From Trichomonas gallinae (Eukaryota): 64,000 bases of DNA. Made by a program: the position numbers and the translations under genes. Of this stretch, positions 11,185 to 23,495 are shown one piece after another. The stretch is from NCBI GenBank assembly GCA_008369845.1, contig MRSU01004809.1, positions 1 to 64,000 on the forward strand. Direction: 5' to 3'. The notes beneath the pieces were generated by a model. The model saw only the letters and a program-made list of their open reading frames with translations. It did not search any database and was not told where the DNA came from. Numbering within the stretch: the stretch's first letter is position 1; each line of letters starts with the position of its first letter.

Positions 11185-12199
11185 TTAAACTTCCCAGAAT
11201 CACAATCGTAAAATTTTATAAGATCAAGTACAATATGATATTCTTATCAAATATTTAAGTATTATATCACAAGAAGTCATATATGGCCAATTGAATAGAA
11301 TCATTTTTGAATATTCCTCTTAATGATTAATTTGAATGATTAATTCAATTTTTAAAATTTTGTTTAAAGGTTTTGTACATCAAATAAAACAAAAGGATAT
11401 TTGTTCTCAAAATTTTTGTTCATAAAACTATTGTATTTCCATTACTTTGAAAACTTCAATATTTTGTAAGGGAACAAAGTCTCCATGTGGATCTTGTTGT
11501 CTAAAGTGAAACTAAACAACAACCATCGAAATTCAAATTGAATAAAATGTGAAAAGTTTTGAATAGAAGGGAACTAATCTTAAAATTGAATTAAACATAA
11601 CTGTATATCCGTTATTATGAATCATTTTGCAAAAAGCGAGACAACATATTGTAGAACTTTTACAATAAAAGTCATAATACTGTAATTTAAATTTATTGCC
11701 ATTCAAATCATATCGTGTAATCGTCTTCGAATTCAAGACAGCATATCTATATCGTGTTTATATCGATGTTAAAGCTTTCGAAACAAATAAGATCTCTGAT
11801 TGAAATTAGGAATTTCTGCGATGTTTAAAATAATCATTCCATTAAGATATAATACTAATATATATTAATATTTCATGTTCAAAACTATATGTTAAACCTA
11901 GGCAAATCAGAAATTAATATCGATTGTTGATTTGAAGCGATATATTGGATCTATAAATATTATATTACATAGAAATCATATTAAATCCGAATATGAAAAA
12001 GATTTTGTAAATAAAAGTGTCATGACCAATTTCAATAAATTTAATATAATCTTGATCGGAAACATACCATTTTCTATGCTATATATTGCCAACATGTTTC
12101 TTTCATTATCTTCGAAAATTAACTTAAATTTAAACGTAATAACATAGCATGGCCCTAAAAACATCAACCAGAGAGCAGGGTCCCCCCTGCGTTTTCTAG

Positions 12200-13168
12200 T
12201 TAAGCAAAACGAAAATAAATTCAAAAAAGAACGAGTTATATTTATTACTTTTTACCCTCATTGCATGCTTATTGACAAAGGATTCATATCCTCCCGTTAA
12301 AGTCAATGGCCGAGACTGTTCAAAAAATTCGAAACATTACAAGTACACGAAATGCGGCAACAGACTGACTCCTATCGAGCCATGGGCATATATTAGAGTT
12401 AAAAACGAAATTACTACCCTTAAAGCAAGCATTGAAAGCATTGCTCCAGTAATCAAGAAAGGAATCATCGCATATAGCGAATCAACAGATGGAACAATTC
12501 AATACCTCGAAGAATTCTGTAAAAGGAATCCAGGTTACCGAATTTATAAATATCCATACAAAGTTTGTGACGTTTCTTTCCCAGATCAGTACAGAGAACC
12601 ACATCTGAGAGAACAAGAAATCGATCACTTCTACAATTTTGCCCTGAGCAAAATCCCAATTAACGATTGGTTATTGAAAATTGATTTAGATCAAGTTTAC
12701 GACACAGGGAGATTGGTTGATCTTATGAGAATGCCAGAAACAGATGATGATGTTGTTTGTTTGGTCAGATTCAACGTACATCATGATCTCAAATCAAATT
12801 CCTTAAAAGTTGTCAAAAGTCTTCCATATAATCCATACTGTGACCATTGGATGTTAAGAAGAACAAAAGATTTTAAGTTTTGGCTGGTCCAAGATTATCT
12901 TCCTTCCAAAAAATACACGTACTGGCATGAGCACTGCAGATTCTACGACTTCAACTGGAGCTCGTCAAATAACTACTTCACAGAAGCTTCATCTTGGCAT
13001 TTTCCATATGCGAAGAAATATCGGCCAAATAAACTTGACTCGCTCATGTCTTTTAGGCTGGCCAAATGGTGGCTGAAAATAAAGCCTAAATATGTACCGC
13101 CTGAATTCTTCGATTATCAAAGAGTTATGGACATTGTTTCCACGTTCAACTATTCAAATAGATTGTAA
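12200..13168 (+). CDS. CgtA-like beta-1,4-N-acetylgalactosaminyltransferase homologue; start codon problematic
   Basis: PWAYIRVKNE..TLKASIESI.P.IKKGIIAY..STDG...LEEFCK..P....KYPY and WLLKIDLDQVYD match the Campylobacter CgtA family. The frame is open from 12200 but has no ATG before the domain. Confidence 0.75.
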   Translation, partial: LSKTKINSKKNELYLLLFTLIACLLTKDSYPPVKVNGRDCSKNSKHYKYTKCGNRLTPIEPWAYIRVKNEITTLKASIESIAPVIKKGIIAYSESTDGTIQYLEEFCKRNPGYRIYKYPYKVCDVSFPDQYREPHLREQEIDHFYNFALSKIPINDWLLKIDLDQVYDTGRLVDLMRMPETDDDVVCLVRFNVHHDLKSNSLKVVKSLPYNPYCDHWMLRRTKDFKFWLVQDYLPSKKYTYWHEHCRFYDFNWSSSNNYFTEASSWHFPYAKKYRPNKLDSLMSFRLAKWWLKIKPKYVPPEFFDYQRVMDIVSTFNYSNRL

Positions 13169-13280
13169 TCAGTAAAGTATCATATCGATAATATTAAGTT
13201 TCAACATCAAACTTTAATCATTTTTGGAAAATTTGAAAATTTTTCTAATACATATTGAAAACAATCTAACTCTTCTTAAC

Positions 13281-13302
13281 TGTCAAAATAATTATTTTGA
13301 CA
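13281..13302. repeat. perfect 22-bp palindrome between convergent genes
   Basis: TGTCAAAATAATTATTTTGACA equals its own reverse complement. Confidence 0.9.
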
Positions 13303-13585
13303 AAGCCAGTAGATTAATTCTGAGGTAAAGATATTATTTTAACATAATTTTTTTAATGCGCATATTTTAACTTTGAAAATCAATATTTGTATATTATATG
13401 TGGAAGAATAAAGAATTACAATTGATAATATTGAATAATTTTACAAACAAAAAATGCATGAAATAAAACTCTATAAAAGAGAGAATGCTACAAGTAAATT
13501 GATTATAAATTTCTATATCTATTAGAATTTGTTAGAAAATAACAAAAGATAGCTGAAAATTTTGCAATTTCCTTAATTATGACTA

Positions 13586-14998
13586 CTAAAACTTAAACTT
13601 AGGAAGCTTCTTATGCCATGGATCCAGGGAAGTGATACTATTCCGTTTAAGCTTATAAATTGTTGTATAATTTCCATAAAATTTCTTGTATTTGTTATAC
13701 AACTCTGTGTAGTCGTAGTATCTGTTTGCAAATTGATCGAGATTGTGTGGCCATGAATGATTATAAACTGCGCTTAAAAGAAGCGGAAATGTTTCTTTGA
13801 ACTGAGATATGGGGAAAATTCCACCAGTGTAGTTGAAACCGAACTGTATATTGTCAGTACCACAGGCTAAAAGATACAAATCAAGCGAAAATGCTGTCAA
13901 AAAAGCAGGATTATCTCTATGATTTGATGCCATTAAGTAAACTCCTGATTGTGGGCGTAAAAACAGATCATTGAATGCTAGAGAACCAGATGCTGACAAA
14001 AGAATTTTAGCAGATGCAAGAGTTTTTGCAAATTCCATTGTTTTTAATGCAGCTTTTGGTTCAAGGATCATCCAGTTATACTGAGGATATTCTTTCTTGG
14101 CATACTCATAGATTTCTTCTTCATTCAGTATGCATCCCCATTCGGTTTTCTGTTTATTGATAAAAATATGATTAACTGCGGGAATTTCATCGAATTTGTT
14201 AACTCTATATATATGTCTATTCAGATCTCGCCAGGAAACATGTAAGCTGCTTAATCCTGCATCTGATTCACAGATAAATAATTCATTGCAGTAAATCCAG
14301 TCATTTGGAAGCTTATGGAAATGATTTGGATCGAAACCGAGCAGTTGGCAGTAGCTTTTAATTGTATTTACGTTTCTGTAGCGAATGAAAATTTCAGCTC
14401 CTTCAAGAATATCTGAAGGAGTCAAAACAAGGCCGCACATCAAGTCATTCAGGAAGTGTCCAAACTCTAAATGATACGAAAACGCAACAACAACTTTTTG
14501 AAATGAGATTAAAGAATGATAACGACTTGGTTCGCCGTTAAATTGGTAATAAGACCTGCAATCAAAACAGTAGTTGGCTTGGGTCGCTAAATGTGCATAT
14601 ACAGGCATGAAAAATTTTCCTTTTTGATTTACACCTTTAAATGCAATATTTGCACCTATAAAGTGTTGGAATAAGGCTTTTTGGGATACGGGGCCGTCTA
14701 AATCGATCTTGTTTCCACCTTCAGTTTCGATTGATTTTGTTTGATAAATTTGATTCTGTTTAATAGGGACATTAAATGTGAAATTCATCATCCTTTCGTA
14801 CTCTTCTAGATTCTTCCATCTACTGACTGTAAAATTAGTAAGATCGTAAAAGCGAATTCGATGAACTTGTGCATGACTCATTAAAATATAGAAAACCCCG
14901 ATGCAAATCATCTCTAGAACCAGGTTTGCTCTTGCACAAGCTTGAAGCCTATGAAATCTGCCATGAAATTTAATTGGTTTTTTGTTTTGCATTTTCAT
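13586..14998 (-). CDS. glycosyltransferase family 61 / DUF563-like type II membrane protein
   Basis: Signal anchor LVLEMICIGVFYILM, FGHFLNDL, LASAKILLSASGSLAFNDLFL. Paralogous to 1474-2778. First ATG at 14998. Confidence 0.68.
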   Translation of the reverse strand: MKMQNKKPIKFHGRFHRLQACARANLVLEMICIGVFYILMSHAQVHRIRFYDLTNFTVSRWKNLEEYERMMNFTFNVPIKQNQIYQTKSIETEGGNKIDLDGPVSQKALFQHFIGANIAFKGVNQKGKFFMPVYAHLATQANYCFDCRSYYQFNGEPSRYHSLISFQKVVVAFSYHLEFGHFLNDLMCGLVLTPSDILEGAEIFIRYRNVNTIKSYCQLLGFDPNHFHKLPNDWIYCNELFICESDAGLSSLHVSWRDLNRHIYRVNKFDEIPAVNHIFINKQKTEWGCILNEEEIYEYAKKEYPQYNWMILEPKAALKTMEFAKTLASAKILLSASGSLAFNDLFLRPQSGVYLMASNHRDNPAFLTAFSLDLYLLACGTDNIQFGFNYTGGIFPISQFKETFPLLLSAVYNHSWPHNLDQFANRYYDYTELYNKYKKFYGNYTTIYKLKRNSITSLDPWHKKLPKFKF

Positions 14999-16421
14999 GT
15001 TTCCGACCGTAGAAACCTTCAACTAGTTACGGGCGTCGAATATTATCGGAGTTAAACTATTCAATTTCTATTGTCTGTCTTCAGCCCTAAACAGTGATAA
15101 TAGTAATAAATATTCGTAGTTGGAAGCAGTTTCCTAGGACATGTCTCGGGTTTCTTAACATTACTTGTAATAAAATTATTTAGTAAAAATCAAACTCCTA
15201 GATTATGTCATATGATAGCTAAATAGCTTAAATATGATTTGAAGATTTTAATTTATGGATTTTGGAGTTATATAAAATCCTATTTTAAACATTGTTATTT
15301 TAGAACGTATTCTGTATATATTTTGATTGTAATTGAAATGGTCTGCATTGTAGCTTCAAAGAAAAGTAGTTAGCCCATATAATAAATATCGAAAGAAATT
15401 TTTTTAGCATATATGATACTATGCTGGAAACATTATTTATTTTTTAGGTTTTAGTAAATAAGAATACTAAACTAGTCATGTATTTCTAATCCATTTTGCA
15501 ATAATATCTCAATTAGAATTGGAAAATGATGTTCTTTAGGCGTATCTTTGTTTCTGATGTTAATATTCGAAAAAATATGAATGTTTCATAGAATGTTATA
15601 ACACAATGAAAATGAAAAATTATGAAATTTCAAGACTGAGTAATAAATAGATATCTAATAGGCTGTATTATCAGTTTTATGAATGTGATTAGTAAATTCC
15701 CTCCAATAATGGTTAATTTAAACAGCAAAGCTAATATGGCTTAATTGCCGTATGTGTTGTATTTTCTTGGTCCAAAAAATAAAGTAGAACTCGATGTATT
15801 TATTGATTTCCATGAAAATCCAAGAATAGAGGCCTCTGTATGGAAAACGCTCGATTTTAAAAATTAATTTGACAATGTAAAGCATAAATATGACATATAA
15901 TTTATTTATGCGACAAAAAGATAAATATTTTTACAAGTGATAATAAAGCAGTTTATATATTAATGAAAGATTTTCGTTAATGTTTTGAATGGTTTTGATT
16001 TAAAATGTTGTACTAATCAAAATCTCAAAAATTATTAAAGCTGATATTTTGAATTAACATTTAATGTAACAATTCATATCATTATCACTGAGTTTTTAGC
16101 AAAATAGCTTTAAAATTGTTCATAATTTTTTGATATTTGATGAATTAATCATCATTGCAACGGAGAAGATATTTATACTTGAGTCAATTTCGTCTGTTGT
16201 ATTGATTATTCAAACACCGATGATTTATTCCCAAGAAAAATATAAAATTTACCCTCTGTCCTCCGGAATGCACGCAGTATTTACCAACAAATACTACATA
16301 CAATGCGTAAATTTTATTTGTTTTCATACACTCATGTTGATTCTAGTTGTTTTCATGAAATGCATAAAAATTCATCAAAACTTTCTTTCTTGTCGCAGTT
16401 TCCGGGACCTGAATTATTTGC

Positions 16422-17081
16422 TTACAAGGCAGTTGGTTTAATGGCCGACATTGGTGGAGGAATACCTTCTTTGCTTTTTGAATTAGGAACTTCCTCTTTC
16501 TTGACAGCAGGATTCCATATGTTAACTTCTCGACCCATTATATTCATGTATCCTTCAAATGTAAAGAATTCCTGTGATCTAGAGTTACTCGTCAATTGTG
16601 CTCGTAATTGTTCTTGATATATCCTTTCTTTCTTTTCCTTTTTTTCTCTAGCATTCTCCTGGCGCTTAACACTATAATTGATTAACAACGAATTTTGTGA
16701 ACTTAATAATGCTGTCATATTCTGATAATTAACTCCACGGCGAGTTAACCTTTTGAATGCATTTTTGAGTGTAATTGGAGCTCTATTTTGAAAAGCATCG
16801 GCTATTTTGGACCATTTATTTCCATATTCTTGATGTAAGAGTAATAATTTCACGTATTCTTGGTTTGTAAGAGGTTCGAAATTGCGTGGTTTATCAAGAT
16901 ACATCATATATCTTTCTTTGACCTGGCGTGTACGTAAATTCATCCTTCTTCCAATTTCTTTCCAATCGATTTTTGGTTTATCAGCGTACTCAGCGACATA
17001 GTGCTTGAGTAAGGCGTCGGTTTCCTTGTTAAAAAAGAAAGCCTTCGGTGCTTTTTTCTCAGGTTGTTTAGGTTGTTCCAT
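16422..17081 (-). CDS. two-repeat Myb-like protein
   Basis: IDWKEIG...RTRQVKERY and YGNKWSKIADAFQNRAPITLKN. Confidence 0.88.
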   Translation of the reverse strand: MEQPKQPEKKAPKAFFFNKETDALLKHYVAEYADKPKIDWKEIGRRMNLRTRQVKERYMMYLDKPRNFEPLTNQEYVKLLLLHQEYGNKWSKIADAFQNRAPITLKNAFKRLTRRGVNYQNMTALLSSQNSLLINYSVKRQENAREKKEKKERIYQEQLRAQLTSNSRSQEFFTFEGYMNIMGREVNIWNPAVKKEEVPNSKSKEGIPPPMSAIKPTAL

Positions 17082-18804
17082 TGTATTTTTCTGAAACTAT
17101 AAAATAATAATCGGTCAAATTTTTTGTATAAGACATCTATTTAATTCTATATTTCAAGTTATCAGGCGAAGCTCAGACCTGCGTAGGCACGTTTTGTGTC
17201 ACTTTTCTTTTCAATTTCCTGGCGGTTTTAATCATCTTTTAAAAAATATTATGATTGGTGTTACTTAGCTATGTAATTTTACAAAAAAATTTATTAAATG
17301 GCAACTAATTCATATTCTTGAATCTAAAATGACTTTTGTGACAAACCTTGCATTGATTTCTAACAGATAATGCTCCATTCAGGGTTGTGCTCCTCATAGT
17401 TTCAACAGAACCTATAATATATCATACATCTTTAGGTTTATTTTTTTAACTTTATCATTAATGTTTGCTATTCATCATGTGTGGCCGAAACATCTTATTC
17501 ATACTCATATATCATAAATGAAAAGCTGAATACAGAGCCACATTGAACCTAAAGATTCGAAATAAACATTACAGAAAACGCATTACCCACTCAGATCGGC
17601 GTGTACAAATTTCATAATATTCAAAGCATGTGCCTGGCATGGTATAAGTATGCTATGCATGAAAGTTCTAAAGAAACTTTCTCGGATTTGCCGATTAATT
17701 ATACATTCAAAATATGACGGGAAAAATACGGGCGTTGCAGAATTTTTCACACCAAAATAGATTTGGAGCAAATGCATCGAAAAGAAATGTAGTTCAAGTC
17801 TGGAAAGGATACTTTATTGAAGATCCGAAATATTGATAGTTTATGTGAAGAATTTACTTTGATATTTCACACGTCAAAAATGATAATTTACAATGTCAGA
17901 TTGTCAGATTATTGATAGGTGACAAAAGATATGACATTTTAAATTTACAAATGTCAGATTTATATTGACTAGATTTGTGTTGGGTAGAATCGTCATTTAG
18001 TCCGAAATTCTATATAAACCTTCCATAAAAGATGATACTTTACAGCATTTTCGTATTAATACTGCATTACAATGCCCCCATCTCAATCATTTTCTAAGTT
18101 TACCCATAATGATATTAAAGTACTGGACAATCGTTGTATTTGACGTCTTTAAACGACGTTGGGATATCATTAATATGCTACATTCATACGAATATATTAT
18201 ATTGCGATAAATCTAAGCGTAAAGTCATAAATATCCATAAATAAGCATAGACTATCAGCATAATACATATCTTCGACTATTCTTAACGTCAATAGATCCT
18301 AAATTGAATCACTCATCTAAAAACCTCAATAAAATGCATGTTGAGTTCACAAAAATTTATCTGCATAGGTATATCTTCACGATCTATGATATATTCGCTA
18401 ATAATTTAGTGTAAACACAAAATTTGAAAAGAAAACACACAATAAAATCTTTAATAAACTACATACATGTGATTTAGCATGCTAGAATAACAGAAGATGA
18501 TGTTAGTAATGTGATAATAGTCTTATTTTGATTCTATTGAATATAATCGAAGGAGAAAACTAAATCAGCGATCGATTTTATTGCAGCAATAATTGTTTTC
18601 ATGTGTTGTTTTTTTCTTTTAATGTGATTGTAAGCATAAAATACAGTATTTTTGACAAAAAAATTAAGGAACTAAAAAACATTGTCACTTTTAAAATTTG
18701 CGATTTCAAACAATATGCTTTAATTCGTCTACAAATTATGTGGTAAAAATTTCAAAGTTGAACGATTGTCATTCAATTTTTGCAATGGAAAAGTGACAGT
18801 TTCT

Positions 18805-21006
18805 ATGCAAACTGCAACTGACTTCATTGCAAGCATCCGCGCTTGCACTAGCGTTGAAGAAGAGCGATCAACGATTACAGAGGAGATATCCATGCTCAGA
18901 ACACATGTGAAATCGGAATATAAGGATAAATTTCCCGAAGCATTGTTAAAGATCATGTACTTAACATTACTTGGAGAGAAAACTGACTGGGCACAGATGT
19001 TTACTATGAAAGCTTTGGCGAGTGATAACGTTAAATTTAAACTGTACGGCTATCTCGCAGCAGGTGTTATCTTAGATCAAACCTCCGAGATTTCGATGAT
19101 GATTACCCAGACCCTATTAAAGGATATGAATCATAAATCGCCTTTTATACAAGTATTTGCATTAACACTTGTAGCAAATTTTTCAGTTACCGAAATTTGC
19201 AAAAATGTGGCCCAGAAAGTACATGAATTGTGCAGGAGCCCGAATTACAGAGTAACAAAGGCTGCTACGATCGCCGCTAGTCACATGATCGCTTTAGTTC
19301 CAGATTTATATCCGATTTTCACTGAAGGATTACACGACTTATTAGTGCATAAAGAACACTGTGTTGTTTTAGCTGCTACGAAACTTGCATTTCAAATCGC
19401 CAATAGCATTGATAAATCTGATAAGTTATGGAAAAACATGGAAACATCGCTTGTGCACCTTCTCAAGCATCTTGCTACAGCTAAGCACAGGACAAATTAC
19501 ACAGTCGATGGCATCGAAGACCCATTCTTACAGATCTCTTTGATGAGATTAATCCAGAAGCTCGATATTAAGTCAACGAAACTCGATGACATCTTATTAC
19601 AGATCATTACAGGCTTGGAACTCAAGAACTCGTCATCTCGCTCTGTTCTCCTTCAGGCAATTGACTTAATCGGATCTTGCTCTTCAAACAAGAGCTTGAG
19701 ATCAATGGGACTCAACCAACTAGGAAAGCTACTGAACTCTTCCAATGTTGACGCAAATTATATCGCATTATCAGCCTTCACAAGAATATTGTATTCAAAT
19801 ACTAAAATCATCGACAGATCTTCTACAGAAACACAGGCTCTGGCTCGTTACAAAGAGTCAATAATCAAATTCATTAGCCATAAGGATCATTCCTTAAGAA
19901 GAAGGGCTCTAAAAGTTTTATCTGCCTTAATTGACTCGTCAAACATCGAAATAGTTATTCCACTCATCTTGGATCATCTCCAGCTCGTCAATCCCGACTT
20001 CAGATCCGAAGTTATCTTCGATTTATTCAATTCTATTCAACGTTTTGCTCCATCGAATATTTGGAACTTTGATACCGTCGTAAATATCTTCATTACAAAC
20101 GGAGGATACATTTCTAAAGAGATCATTCAGACATTTGCTCATATAATTTCAGTAAACTCGGAGTTACAAGATTACGCAGTTGATAAACTCGATAAGTTGC
20201 TAGATGCAAACTCGACGAACCAAATATTTGTCCAGGTTACCGCTTGGGTTTTGGGCGAATTCGCAACCGATTATTCAAACTCGCTTGTTGACAGACTATT
20301 AACAATCGCAACGATTCCACAGTCCACAGAAGAAACAATTGACTACATTCTAGTTGCAATTACTAAGCTTTCTTTCAGAGGCAATTTCTCTGGTTACGCA
20401 ATTGAGAAGCTCCAGACATATTTAGCATCAGAAAACCTACAAATCCAACAATGCGCTGGAGAAATGATACAAATTCTGAACAGACCTGAATTGGCAGAAT
20501 TTTTATTTGCCCCTGAAGTGATCGAAGAGGCTCCAAAAGAATCCATCTCATCCGTTGGACTCCAGTCATTGCCTACGCTCATGAATAACCTGAATCACTC
20601 GCCTTTATTGAATATCTTATCTAACCTTCCAGGGCAGAACCCAGTTCCTGTCTTTATTCCTCCTAAAGGATCCCATGAGGTTGTCAGAACACAGGACTTT
20701 GTTCTCTTCTTCGAAGTTTCCAGAAATAATTCGAATCCAAACCAACTCGCAATCCGTTGCTCATCAATTAATCTTACAACCAAAGTCTTATACAAGTTCA
20801 GCATGCAATTTGGCATTCCGTCAGGATGGGTAATGATGGCTAAAGAACAATCAGCTCCAAATTTGATGACAGATGGCAATCCTATTCAACAAGTCATTAT
20901 GCTTGAGAATCGATCGAATGTTCCCCTCCAAATGAAAGTTCATACAACTTATATCTATGAAGGTCAGAATATATCTTCAATGGATAACGTGAAATATAAC
21001 TTCTAA
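18805..21006 (+). CDS. AP-1 complex gamma-adaptin-like large subunit
   Basis: FIASIRAC...EER, KLYGYL, DPFLQI.LMR, DHSLRRRAL, WVLGEF, IQQCAGE, plus a C-terminal ear (appendage) domain. ATG at 18805. Confidence 0.88.
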   Translation: MQTATDFIASIRACTSVEEERSTITEEISMLRTHVKSEYKDKFPEALLKIMYLTLLGEKTDWAQMFTMKALASDNVKFKLYGYLAAGVILDQTSEISMMITQTLLKDMNHKSPFIQVFALTLVANFSVTEICKNVAQKVHELCRSPNYRVTKAATIAASHMIALVPDLYPIFTEGLHDLLVHKEHCVVLAATKLAFQIANSIDKSDKLWKNMETSLVHLLKHLATAKHRTNYTVDGIEDPFLQISLMRLIQKLDIKSTKLDDILLQIITGLELKNSSSRSVLLQAIDLIGSCSSNKSLRSMGLNQLGKLLNSSNVDANYIALSAFTRILYSNTKIIDRSSTETQALARYKESIIKFISHKDHSLRRRALKVLSALIDSSNIEIVIPLILDHLQLVNPDFRSEVIFDLFNSIQRFAPSNIWNFDTVVNIFITNGGYISKEIIQTFAHIISVNSELQDYAVDKLDKLLDANSTNQIFVQVTAWVLGEFATDYSNSLVDRLLTIATIPQSTEETIDYILVAITKLSFRGNFSGYAIEKLQTYLASENLQIQQCAGEMIQILNRPELAEFLFAPEVIEEAPKESISSVGLQSLPTLMNNLNHSPLLNILSNLPGQNPVPVFIPPKGSHEVVRTQDFVLFFEVSRNNSNPNQLAIRCSSINLTTKVLYKFSMQFGIPSGWVMMAKEQSAPNLMTDGNPIQQVIMLENRSNVPLQMKVHTTYIYEGQNISSMDNVKYNF

Positions 21007-21590
21007 GCCTCTTACATTGTTGTTTGATAGTAAAATTAACTTGTTATTTTTTCAAAATCAAAAACAAAAATAAAAATATTTTTGATATAAATATTATTCT
21101 AATATCAGTAATATCACAATAAATTATCATCGCAAGAAATTCTTAACCGATAAAATCTGTTTTCACCGAAAATTTAAATACTAAATTGATATATAACAAG
21201 TTCTACATAAAAATAAAATTGTTTATTTTTTGAATATTAATCTCAATAAAATGAAGGTCCTCTGAAAATATTTGAATTGTCAAAATCTTGTGCAAATATG
21301 CTCCTTTATATCTATTGGTTCATATTAGGCTGTTTGACGAATTTACCTCAGATTTCAATTTTGAATACTTAATAAATCTCATTCACTTCACTTTTTGATG
21401 AATTATTGTTGGAACTTGTATGTTGGATCTAAATTATCAATTGATAAATATCAGAAAAATAAATTGTATTGAATTTAACAAATTTTAGGGTTTTTAGTCA
21501 GTTCAGAGGCAATATAGCATGTTTCTAATGAAGAAAAATTGAATAAACATATAAGAATTGAGAGGTTCACAAATCCAAATTTTTTTAAAG

Positions 21591-22118
21591 ATGGAAAATT
21601 ACTCTGGTGTTAAGAGGCGGAGACTTTTCGGTTCAGAGGACGACAAGATGCTCGAACACATAGTCAAAGAGAGTGAATTCAATGGATGGAAGGGCGTCGC
21701 CAAGTTGATGCCGGGATTTTCAGCAAAGCAGCTCAGAGACCGCTGGCATAATTACATATCCCCGAATAATACATTCGGCCCATGGACCCTCGAAGAAGAC
21801 CGCTTCATTGTTCAAAATGTTAAAAAGTTCGGTACAAAATGGTCGTTGATTGCTTCATTCCTTAAAGGAAGAAGCGATAACTGCGTCAAAAATCGTTGGA
21901 ACACGGTTCTGAAGGAAGATCAGATGATGCATCCTGAGAAATATTATACAACGAGGAAGCAGGAAAGAAATCAAAAGTGGAACCCACCGCAAACGCATGA
22001 GAAACCCGTGCAAATGGAACAGCTATACCTTGATGCCAGATTTGTCGAGCACTTTTTCGTGCCAGCAACAAAATCCGAGATTGAATTTTGGAAAAAGGTT
22101 TCAATCAAACAAATTTAA
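21591..22118 (+). CDS. R2R3-type Myb protein
   Basis: WKGVAKLMPGFSAKQLRDRWHNYISP and WTLEED...FGTKWSLIASFLKGRSDNCVKNRW. ATG at 21591. Confidence 0.92.
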   Translation: MENYSGVKRRRLFGSEDDKMLEHIVKESEFNGWKGVAKLMPGFSAKQLRDRWHNYISPNNTFGPWTLEEDRFIVQNVKKFGTKWSLIASFLKGRSDNCVKNRWNTVLKEDQMMHPEKYYTTRKQERNQKWNPPQTHEKPVQMEQLYLDARFVEHFFVPATKSEIEFWKKVSIKQI

Positions 22119-23081
22119 TCGAACTTCTATGAATGTAACTCAATGTTGAATAAAGAAATAATAACATGATAATTCATTTTTTTATTTCTTTGAGCATTTA
22201 ACGAAAACCATCGATTTTGAAGCATGGGAACTCCTTAGAATAATGAATATTATGATAAACATCCTGGAAACTGCACAGGTACGAATATTATATTTCACAG
22301 ATTATATTATTCTTATTGTTTTCCGGTCTGGACCACATATAATGCATCTACCAGTCATAATCTCCATGTTCTATGAGCATTATCAATTAATACGAGTTAA
22401 TTTAGAAATGAAATCGAAAAATATGGAATTGAAGTAACAATTCTTTTGGATATGACAGACATTAGGTAGCTTTTACCTATGTGCATACAATCTAAAGTCG
22501 ATAATAGAGTTTAATTCTTTTCCGCAACAAATTTACTGATCAATCCAACTAATTTGATATTGTTGCTGATGAAATGGATAAAGTAGGTCTAGAGTAGATT
22601 GTTTGGATTGCTTTGAATTCATAAATGCAAACATAAAAAAATAAATACAAAAAAATTATCAATTGCTACTTAGCACTTCAGCTACTTGATTTACACGGCA
22701 AATCTAATATTATTCTTAGATTAGAAATAGGCAGATCAATAAATCCCGTGAATTTTTAAATAAGATGCTTATCTCAGGAAAATACCATGTAATGATTGCT
22801 AAATAGATAGTTTTTCATCTTACTTAAATGATAATAATGAATTTCAAGTACAATTGACATTCAATAAATTTATCCTCGAAGTAATCCAATATGACAGCTC
22901 GTAAAATAGATAGAAATATCTAAGGCTGATAAAGGCTTGCAAACACCTAAGAAATCACAAAATCATTCAAAAACTTAAATATTAAACTCACACTGTGGGT
23001 TTCTGTCCTATTAAATGTAAATATATGATTGACTGCATGATGTACATATAATTTTATAATAACATAATGGATAGAAGGATC

Positions 23082-23495
23082 CTAATGGTAATTCAGTAAC
23101 GAATAAATATCAGAAGGATCGACTTTATCAGGGTTTCTAATAGTTTTAGAATTATTCCTAATAATCCTTTTGTCTTCTTCTATCAAAGAGTCTATATTCA
23201 TAATATATGGGTAAGCATCTTCCCAATTCTCTGCGTACCAGCAGATAAGGGCCGCTCTGCTTCTATTAGCGAGTGTGTCTACCCTTATATTGAGTTTCTT
23301 AGCTATGAGTCTTGCGAATTTAAGCAAGTGTGAGACCGTACAACGACCTTTAAGAAGGCACTCGAGTATCTCGAGAACTATCTCGACTTTAACTCCGTTA
23401 TTCTTTACGCGTGAGCGCACCTGGGATTTGATCTTAAGTGCTCTGGAAGTAGGGGACATCTGATTAAAACGGCGAACATTTTGATGCGAGATCAT
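23082..23495 (-). CDS. uncharacterised small basic protein (LA.R.R.AL.CWYAENW family)
   Basis: Shares VDTLANRSRAALICWYAENW and C-terminal DPSDIYSLLNYH with 33103-33537. An alternative ATG is at 23459. Confidence 0.78.
   Translation of the reverse strand: MISHQNVRRFNQMSPTSRALKIKSQVRSRVKNNGVKVEIVLEILECLLKGRCTVSHLLKFARLIAKKLNIRVDTLANRSRAALICWYAENWEDAYPYIMNIDSLIEEDKRIIRNNSKTIRNPDKVDPSDIYSLLNYH

Noticed and set aside
12180..12199. GT...AG segment that could remove the TAG upstream of the CgtA-like gene
   Set aside because: No CTAAC branch motif, and removing it would not keep the frame.
20600..20635. CTAACCTTCCAG in the gamma-adaptin gene as a possible intron 3' end
   Set aside because: No GT donor at a suitable distance, and the frame is already open.
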